Shown here: one piece after another, positions 5,331-10,799 of the stretch
Layout of the letters: each line of letters opens with the position of its first letter
How positions within the stretch are numbered: position 1 is the first letter of the stretch
NCBI GenBank assembly: GCA_964510165.1
Contig: CAZEBC010000126.1
Span: 1,303 to 12,101, forward strand
Source of the DNA: an uncultured bacterium
GTDB taxonomy: Bacteria > Abyssobacteria > SURF-5
Length of the DNA stretch: 10,799 bases
Reading direction: 5' to 3'
Notes under the pieces: generated by a model
What the model saw: the letters and a program-made list of their open reading frames with translations, nothing else
Database searches by the model: none
What the model was told of the DNA's origin: nothing
Program-made: the position numbers and the translations under genes

Positions 5331-7865
5331 ATGAGGTTGCTGGACAACATCTTCGGAAAATCGAGGAAGGACCGTCTGCTCAAGGTCAGACGGATACAGG
5401 AGAAATTTTCCGTTTTTCAGGGCTTGCTCGAGCGTCATAATCAGGTGCTCAAACTCATCAGCCGACTCGAAGAAAGGCAGCAGGGCGGCCATCTCGACGG
5501 AGTCTATTCCGTGTGGGATGACTTCGTCCAAATCCAGGAGGGAGTGCGCGAGGTCATCGAACGAATGGTCGCCCTCGGCGGGAATGCCTACGTCCCCCTC
5601 CGTTCTCGTCTCCAACAAATCGTGAAGGAAGTCGAGAACTGCCTTCCCGATATCCGAAATGTGACGAAGGACGACTACATCATTCCGTTCAGCCGATTAA
5701 ACAGGGACCGCGCTTCCTCCGTGGGAGCGAAGGCCGCAAACCTGGGCGAAATGAAGTCACTGGGCTTGCCCGTGCCTGACGGATTCGCCGTCAGCGCGTG
5801 GGCCTATCAACACTTCATTGATACAAACAATCTGCAGGACCGAGTCAACAAGCTGCTGGCTCAAGTCCGGATACGACGCTATGAGGACTTGCAGATAGTG
5901 AGCGAAGACATTCGTGAAATGGTGAACTTCCGCTCGGTTCCGGAAGACCTGGCCGATGCGATCCGCAAAGCGTTTGACGAATTGGCCTCACGCAGTCCGC
6001 GCGGCCGGTTTGCGCTCCGCTCAAGCGCGATCGGTGAAGACACGTCTTTCACGTTCGCGGGTCAGTACGTCACATTCCTCAACGTCACCCGTGATGCATT
6101 GCTCGACAGGTACAAGGACATTCTGGCGAGCAAATTCACGCCTTCCGCGATCTCCTATCTCATGAGGCATTCCCTGTCGGAGATGGACCTGGCGATGGGC
6201 GTCATTTGCATGGAAATGGTTGATTCCGCCGCCAGCGGAGTCACCTATACGCGAGACCCGCTCAACCCGTCGAGTCCCCACCTGATGGTCAACTCCATAT
6301 TCGGGCTGGGCAGTTACCTCGTGGAGGGCGTGCTCACCCCCGACGTGTTTCACGTGTCGCGAGATGACCACAAAGTGGCTTTCTCGCGCATCGCGCGAAA
6401 GCCCGTTCAGTTGGTGACCAGGCCCGAGGACGGCGTCATGGAAACCGCACTGCCAGAATTCGATCAAACACGGCCATCTCTCAACGACAAGCAATTGGCG
6501 CGGCTCGCCGAATACGCCTTGAGGCTTGAAGACCATTACCGGCAACCCCTCGATATCGAGTGGGCGCTCGACAGGTCGGGAGAGATATTCCTGCTCCAGG
6601 CCCGCCCCCTCAAGCTGCTCGAGGCGAAACCCTTGATCGAGATTCCCGACGAGGCCAGATCGTTAATCCTGCTTGAAGGCGGCACTCCCATATCCTCAGG
6701 CCTCGGCATGGGCCAGGTATTCCATTTGAACTCGATTTCCGACATGGACGGAACCCCTGAGGGCGCCGTGCTCATATCCCCCAATCCGTCGCCTAAGCTC
6801 GTTTCAGTCATGCACCGTATACGCGCGTTGGTGACGCTCGTCGGCGGCAACGCAAGCCACCTCGCCACACTCGCCAGAGAGCTTGCCGTGCCAACCATAG
6901 TCGGAATGCCCGAGGCCTCCGGCCTCACGCAGGGCCGCGAAGTGACCGTGGACGCAGGCGCTGGCATGATTTACGACGGACTTCACCCTGAGTGGCTTCC
7001 TCCACAAGAAGAGAAGGCCGCTCGTTCACCCAAGCCGCAAGTCCCCAAGGAGACGGAACATGCACTTGCAAGGATAACGCACCTGTGCGCCGTTCACCCG
7101 AACGACTTGTCCTTCACCCCCGAGAACTGTCACAGCATGCATGACATCCTCCGATTCGTCCATCAGAAGTCGATGGAAGAAATCTTTTCGTCACTGAAGG
7201 GCACCTCTAGAAAAGACGATATTAGCTTAAGGTTGAAGACGAAGATTCCCCTCCTCATCAACATCATCTATCTCGACCAGAGCTACCTGGACGGCAAGAA
7301 CAGGAAGTGGGTGGAGGAAAACGCCATTGAATCGCTGCCCATGAGAGCGTTCTGGGAAGGAATCCTGCAGGAGGGATGGCCCGAGCGCGCAGTCCCCGGC
7401 GACCTCAAAGGCTTTCTGGCCGTCGTCGGGACCGACCTAAAAGGGGCGACCCATCAGCCGGAATTCTCGGAGAACAGCTATGCGTTCCTGGGAAAAGAAT
7501 ACATGCTTCTCAGCCTGCGCATGGGCTACCATTTTTCAACTATCGAGGCGCTCGCCACGCCGGAGCCGGCGAAGAACTACGTCCGTATGCAGTTCAAACT
7601 CGGAGGCGCGCCTCTCGAGAGGCGAATCCGACGCATCTGGCTCATTTGCGAGCTTCTGCGACGCGTGGGATTCGAGAATTTCAGCGAGGGCGATTTCCTC
7701 GATACGACGACCGCATATCAAGAGCAGGAGGAAACGCTGCGCCTCCTGCATTTGCTCGGACGCATCACGATTCTCACAAAGCAGCTCGACCTGACGCTCT
7801 CGAGCGACGCTCGAGCCAGGTGGTACCTTGACGATTTCCTGAAAAAGCTCGGTCTGGAGAACTGA
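5331..7865 (+). CDS. PEP synthase / pyruvate phosphate dikinase-like protein (ATP-grasp + phospho-His swivel domain + non-canonical C-terminal domain)
   Basis: 844 aa. PPDK_N motifs are VGAKAANLGEM, LPVPDGFAV, LRSSAIGED...FAGQY, SGVTYTRDP, FGLGSYLVEG...PD, DIEWA and LLQARP. The swivel domain is GGNASHLATLARELAVPTIVG...VTVDAGAG (His510, codon 6858-6860). I see no recognisable PEP/pyruvate-binding TIM-barrel motifs in the last ~280 aa. Confidence 0.9.
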   Translation: MRLLDNIFGKSRKDRLLKVRRIQEKFSVFQGLLERHNQVLKLISRLEERQQGGHLDGVYSVWDDFVQIQEGVREVIERMVALGGNAYVPLRSRLQQIVKEVENCLPDIRNVTKDDYIIPFSRLNRDRASSVGAKAANLGEMKSLGLPVPDGFAVSAWAYQHFIDTNNLQDRVNKLLAQVRIRRYEDLQIVSEDIREMVNFRSVPEDLADAIRKAFDELASRSPRGRFALRSSAIGEDTSFTFAGQYVTFLNVTRDALLDRYKDILASKFTPSAISYLMRHSLSEMDLAMGVICMEMVDSAASGVTYTRDPLNPSSPHLMVNSIFGLGSYLVEGVLTPDVFHVSRDDHKVAFSRIARKPVQLVTRPEDGVMETALPEFDQTRPSLNDKQLARLAEYALRLEDHYRQPLDIEWALDRSGEIFLLQARPLKLLEAKPLIEIPDEARSLILLEGGTPISSGLGMGQVFHLNSISDMDGTPEGAVLISPNPSPKLVSVMHRIRALVTLVGGNASHLATLARELAVPTIVGMPEASGLTQGREVTVDAGAGMIYDGLHPEWLPPQEEKAARSPKPQVPKETEHALARITHLCAVHPNDLSFTPENCHSMHDILRFVHQKSMEEIFSSLKGTSRKDDISLRLKTKIPLLINIIYLDQSYLDGKNRKWVEENAIESLPMRAFWEGILQEGWPERAVPGDLKGFLAVVGTDLKGATHQPEFSENSYAFLGKEYMLLSLRMGYHFSTIEALATPEPAKNYVRMQFKLGGAPLERRIRRIWLICELLRRVGFENFSEGDFLDTTTAYQEQEETLRLLHLLGRITILTKQLDLTLSSDARARWYLDDFLKKLGLEN

Positions 7866-7878
7866 AGGATTCTGCGCC

Positions 7879-8409
7879 ATGGCTATGAAACGGGCGGGGG
7901 ACATCATGCTGCCGTTGGAGGCATTCCCCTATATACCCTATTGGTTCTCGTTGCGTCAGGCGCTGGCCGAACTGGAGGAGGCGCAAACCAAACGCAGCGC
8001 GCAGAGGCCCATGCCCTGGCTGATCCTTGTGTTCAGCGCGCGCAACCAACTGCTCGGCATCGTTCGTCAGAGGGAGATTCTTCAAGGACTCAGGCGCACG
8101 CTCGTGCCCGAGGCCGCCAAAAGCTATATGCCGACAACATCCGAACCCAGCGCCGACCTCGATCTCTACCGACTCGGCTTTTCCCCGGAGAAAGCGGTGC
8201 AAGTGCTGCGCAATCAGGTCGAGCGACAGATCCTGGAGTTCATGGAGCCCATCCAGGCGACCGTCGAGCACGACGACTATGCGCTCCTCGCCATCCATCT
8301 GATGATTGACCGCAATCTGAGCTTTGTGCCCGTGGTCAGGGATGGCCAGATCGTCGGCCTGGTATATGCGGAAGACGCGCTTCACGACGTCATCACGCAG
8401 ATTGTATAA
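7879..8409 (+). CDS. CBS domain-pair protein (paralog 1)
   Basis: 176 aa, with GAAGGA upstream. CBS motifs are AGDIMLP...LVFSARNQLLGIVRQREIL and EFMEPIQATV...FVPVVRDGQIVGLVYAEDAL. Confidence 0.88.
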   Translation: MAMKRAGDIMLPLEAFPYIPYWFSLRQALAELEEAQTKRSAQRPMPWLILVFSARNQLLGIVRQREILQGLRRTLVPEAAKSYMPTTSEPSADLDLYRLGFSPEKAVQVLRNQVERQILEFMEPIQATVEHDDYALLAIHLMIDRNLSFVPVVRDGQIVGLVYAEDALHDVITQIV

Positions 8410-8433
8410 GAAGTCACTCATTGCCAAGTAGTA

Positions 8434-8502
8434 CAGCACGGCAGAACCGCAACCAAAGCCCTTACCCTGCCCTCTCCCGGTGGGAAAGGGTTGGGGTGAG
8501 GG
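8434..8502. repeat. Intergenic palindromic REP/BoxC-like element, left copy
   Basis: Imperfect hairpin with left arm CCCTTACCCTGCCCTCTCCC (8459-8478), loop GGT and right arm GGGAAAGGGTTGGGGTGAGGG (8482-8502). The minus strand reads CCCTCACCCCAACCCTTTCCC-ACC-GGGAGAGGG. It aligns in inverted orientation with 9134-9198. Confidence 0.75.
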
Positions 8503-8564
8503 AAAAAACGCAGTGCGGCCGGCGCCCAGGACTGAACTACAAGTAACGCGGGAGGGTAACGAAA

Positions 8565-9116
8565 ATGGCGGAAGAAAAGACAGGCAAAACGACAAAGGCT
8601 AAAACAGCCGGCGATATCATGATTCCCCTGGAGAAATATCCCCATGTTTCGATCACCACCCCCATCCGGGACATCATAGCCCTGATGGAAAAGTCGCAGA
8701 TTGAAGTGGAGGGAAGGAAGTCGCTCCCCCGCGTGGTCCTCGTGTTCGATGAGCTTAACCAACTCGCCGGCCTGGTCCGTCGCCGCGATATTCTGCGCGC
8801 GCTTGAGCCCAGCTACCTGTCCAGCAAGCCAATGGACTACCGCAAAAAGCTGTTCGACGTCAAGGTGGACCCCAACCTTGTCGAAATGTCGTACGAGAGG
8901 ATCACCGAAGGTTTGGAGAAAAGAGCCCAGCGCCCGGTCGGTGACGTCATGCTGCCTATCGTCGCCACCGTCGATTACGAGGACCACATCGTGAAAGTCA
9001 TCTATGAAATGGTTGACAATAACACGAGCCTGCTCCCGGTCCTCAAGCAGGGCAAGGTCGTCGGCATCGTCCGGTCGGTGGACGTGCTGCACGAAGTCGC
9101 TCTCACCCTGCTCTGA
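8565..9116 (+). CDS. CBS domain-pair protein (paralog 2)
   Basis: 183 aa, with SD GGAGG at 8551-8555. CBS motifs are AGDIMIP...LVFDELNQLAGLVRRRDIL and VGDVMLPIVATV...LLPVLKQGKVVGIVRSVDVL. It is colinear with 7879..8409. Confidence 0.92.
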   Translation: MAEEKTGKTTKAKTAGDIMIPLEKYPHVSITTPIRDIIALMEKSQIEVEGRKSLPRVVLVFDELNQLAGLVRRRDILRALEPSYLSSKPMDYRKKLFDVKVDPNLVEMSYERITEGLEKRAQRPVGDVMLPIVATVDYEDHIVKVIYEMVDNNTSLLPVLKQGKVVGIVRSVDVLHEVALTLL

Positions 9117-9133
9117 ACTGCCAGAAATGGATT

Positions 9134-9198
9134 CCTCACCCTCTCCCCTCTGGGAGAGGGAAGGACAAGGGGCTTCTGGCGCGGCTAACGCCGCGCTG
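9134..9198. repeat. Intergenic palindromic REP/BoxC-like element, right copy (two hairpins)
   Basis: A perfect 9-bp stem CCCTCTCCC (9139-9147) / CTCT / GGGAGAGGG (9152-9160) is followed by a perfect 7-bp stem GCGCGGC (9179-9185) / TAAC / GCCGCGC (9190-9196). Confidence 0.75.
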
Positions 9199-9245
9199 AG
9201 TCACACCTCTTCTGAACGGAGAGATGAGGAGAGGAAGGATAGCAC

Positions 9246-10793
9246 ATGGCTGACGAACGAGTCGTTGATACATACCCCGCCGCTCAAGAGGCGGGACGGG
9301 CCGAGGCCATTATCCGACGGCCCCGCGAAACCCACCTCTTGAAACTGATGCGGCGGATAGACTGGAAAAGACTGCTCTACTTGCTCCTTGGCGTCACATT
9401 GTTCGCAATGGTTTATCTCTCACCGCAGTGGCCCGACGCCGTTGATCCCTCAGGCAAACACTTTGTCCTGACGCGCGAGGGAAAAGCCGCGATCGGACTG
9501 TTCCTCCTCACCGCGACGTGGTGGGTGTTCGAGGTCATCCCAATCGGCGTCACGAGCATCACGGTAGCCGTGGTGCAGGCCCTTTTTCTCATTCGCGACG
9601 CCAAAATCGCGTTCACCGACTTCATGGACCCGTCCGTGTGGTTCATTTTCGGGTCCATCGTCATCGGCATGGCCTTCACGCGGACCGGCCTGACAAAACG
9701 GATGGCCTATAAAATGCTCACCCTTGTCGGCGAACGCACCAGCATGATCTACCTGGGCTGCTTCGTGATGACCGCCGCGCTCACACTCATCATGGCGCAC
9801 ACCGCCGTCGCCGCAGCCGTCTACCCGCTCCTTATGGCCATTTACAGCCTTTACGAGGAAGACGAAAAACCGACCCGGTTCGGCAAAGGCCTTTTCATCG
9901 GCATGGCATTCGTTGCCGGCGCGGGCAGTGTCGTGACACTGTTGGGCGCCGCCCGAGGCGCAGTCGCGATCGGCTTCTTCAAGGACATGGTCGGACGCGA
10001 AATCACGTTCTTCGAGCTGACGTACTACATGTTCCCGCTGGGATGGGGTATGATTCTGTTGCTCTGGGCGCTTCTGATGTTAATGTTCAAGCCGGAGAAG
10101 AGGACAATCCCCGGTCTTCGCGACCGGGCAAAGGCGCTCAGCGCCCGGCTCGGACCCATCAGCCGCACCGAGACTCTGACCGTCGTGATCGTGTTTTCGG
10201 CGATCACGGTTCTGAGCCTCAGGTCCTTCATCCCGCTGTTCACGCCGCTGGACAAGAGCGCAATCATCCTGATAACTACGATACTGTTCTTCATTCTTAA
10301 CATTCTGAACATTAAAGACCTCGAGGAAATTCCCTGGAACATCATCCTGCTGTTCGGCGGCGCGATGAGCATCGGCTTCTGCCTGTGGCAGACCGGCGCC
10401 GCAAGCTGGCTGGCCGTCGAGTGGCTCGGCCTTTTCAAGGAAGCGCCATGGTTCGTCTTCGTCATGGGCATCGCCCTGTTCGTGCTGGTCATGACCAACT
10501 TCATCATGAACGTTGCGGCGATAGCCATTTCGCTGCCCGTCGCGCTCGTGATCGCGGGCTACCTCGGCGTGGCGCCCGAAGTGATACTGTTCTCTTCGCT
10601 CGCGACCGCCGGGATGCCCTTCCTCCTGCTGGTCGGCGCGGCCCCCAACGCGATTGCATACGAGAGCAAGCAGTTCACGTCGGGCGAGTTCTTCAAGGCC
10701 GGCGTGCCAGCAAGCATTCTGCTCATGGTGGTCCTTGCCGTCTTCGTTTGGATCATATGGCCGCTCATGGGCATGCCAGTCAAGGCCATGTAG
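9246..10793 (+). CDS. DASS / SLC13 family anion transporter
   Basis: 515 aa with many TM helices and a purine-rich SD (GAGGAGAGGAAGGA). DASS motifs are WWVFEVIPIGVTS, F.DPSVWFIFGS...TGLTKRMA, IPWNIILLFGGAMSIG...TGAASWLA and MPFLLLVGAAPNAIAY. Stop is TAG 10791-10793. Confidence 0.93.
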   Translation: MADERVVDTYPAAQEAGRAEAIIRRPRETHLLKLMRRIDWKRLLYLLLGVTLFAMVYLSPQWPDAVDPSGKHFVLTREGKAAIGLFLLTATWWVFEVIPIGVTSITVAVVQALFLIRDAKIAFTDFMDPSVWFIFGSIVIGMAFTRTGLTKRMAYKMLTLVGERTSMIYLGCFVMTAALTLIMAHTAVAAAVYPLLMAIYSLYEEDEKPTRFGKGLFIGMAFVAGAGSVVTLLGAARGAVAIGFFKDMVGREITFFELTYYMFPLGWGMILLLWALLMLMFKPEKRTIPGLRDRAKALSARLGPISRTETLTVVIVFSAITVLSLRSFIPLFTPLDKSAIILITTILFFILNILNIKDLEEIPWNIILLFGGAMSIGFCLWQTGAASWLAVEWLGLFKEAPWFVFVMGIALFVLVMTNFIMNVAAIAISLPVALVIAGYLGVAPEVILFSSLATAGMPFLLLVGAAPNAIAYESKQFTSGEFFKAGVPASILLMVVLAVFVWIIWPLMGMPVKAM

Positions 10794-10799
10794 GACGCT

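Noticed and set aside
5318-5333. Missing SD before ATG 5331 as a sign of a wrong start or pseudogene
   Set aside because: The ORF is intact and only 13 nt from the upstream stop, which is compatible with reinitiation. It is not informative on its own.
5331-7865. Assigning the gene symbol ppsA, ppdK or rph
   Set aside because: No PEP/pyruvate-binding barrel is recognisable, and the His domain is central rather than C-terminal as in rifampin phosphotransferase.
8459-8508. Hairpin as a rho-independent terminator
   Set aside because: It is followed by an A6 run rather than a U-tract on the + strand, and on the - strand the T-run precedes the stem. It is better explained as a repeat element.
7774-9092. 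Minus-strand ORFs 7774..8595 and 8418..9092
   Set aside because: They are antisense to the CBS genes, and the PSPQPFPTGRGQG / PHPNPFPPGEG peptides are simply translations of the palindromic repeat.
9004-9342. 112-aa + strand ORF spanning the CBS2-DASS gap
   Set aside because: It overlaps two real genes out of frame, and SPSPLWEREG is the translated repeat.
1-10799. CRISPR array, tRNA/rRNA, transposase, integrase or defence genes
   Set aside because: No regularly spaced repeats or such motifs were seen, and nearly all of the sequence is explained by the 11 CDS.

Overview
All convincing genes are on the + strand and tightly packed, several with overlapping stop/start codons, so the window looks like one operon-like cluster of 11 CDS. 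The order is: a 5'-truncated BON-like + receiver (REC) protein; a membrane Cache-type sensor histidine kinase; a single-domain REC protein; a sensor-less histidine-kinase-like protein with an intact H-box but no ATP-binding boxes; a third REC protein; a small membrane protein translationally coupled to a TSUP (TauE/SafE) permease; an 844-aa PEP-synthase/PPDK-like protein with a non-canonical C-terminal domain; two paralogous CBS-pair proteins; and a DASS/SLC13 transporter with altered cation/substrate-site motifs. The gene content resembles clusters of anaerobic deltaproteobacteria-like organisms, but taxonomy cannot be fixed from this window. The best candidate for an undescribed system is the whole cluster, read as a phosphorelay with no DNA-binding output that is linked to a dikinase-like phosphotransferase, adenylate-sensing CBS proteins and two anion permeases. 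Two diverged copies of a ~65-70 bp palindromic REP/BoxC-like element flank the second CBS gene in inverted orientation. No rRNA, tRNA, CRISPR array or transposase was seen.
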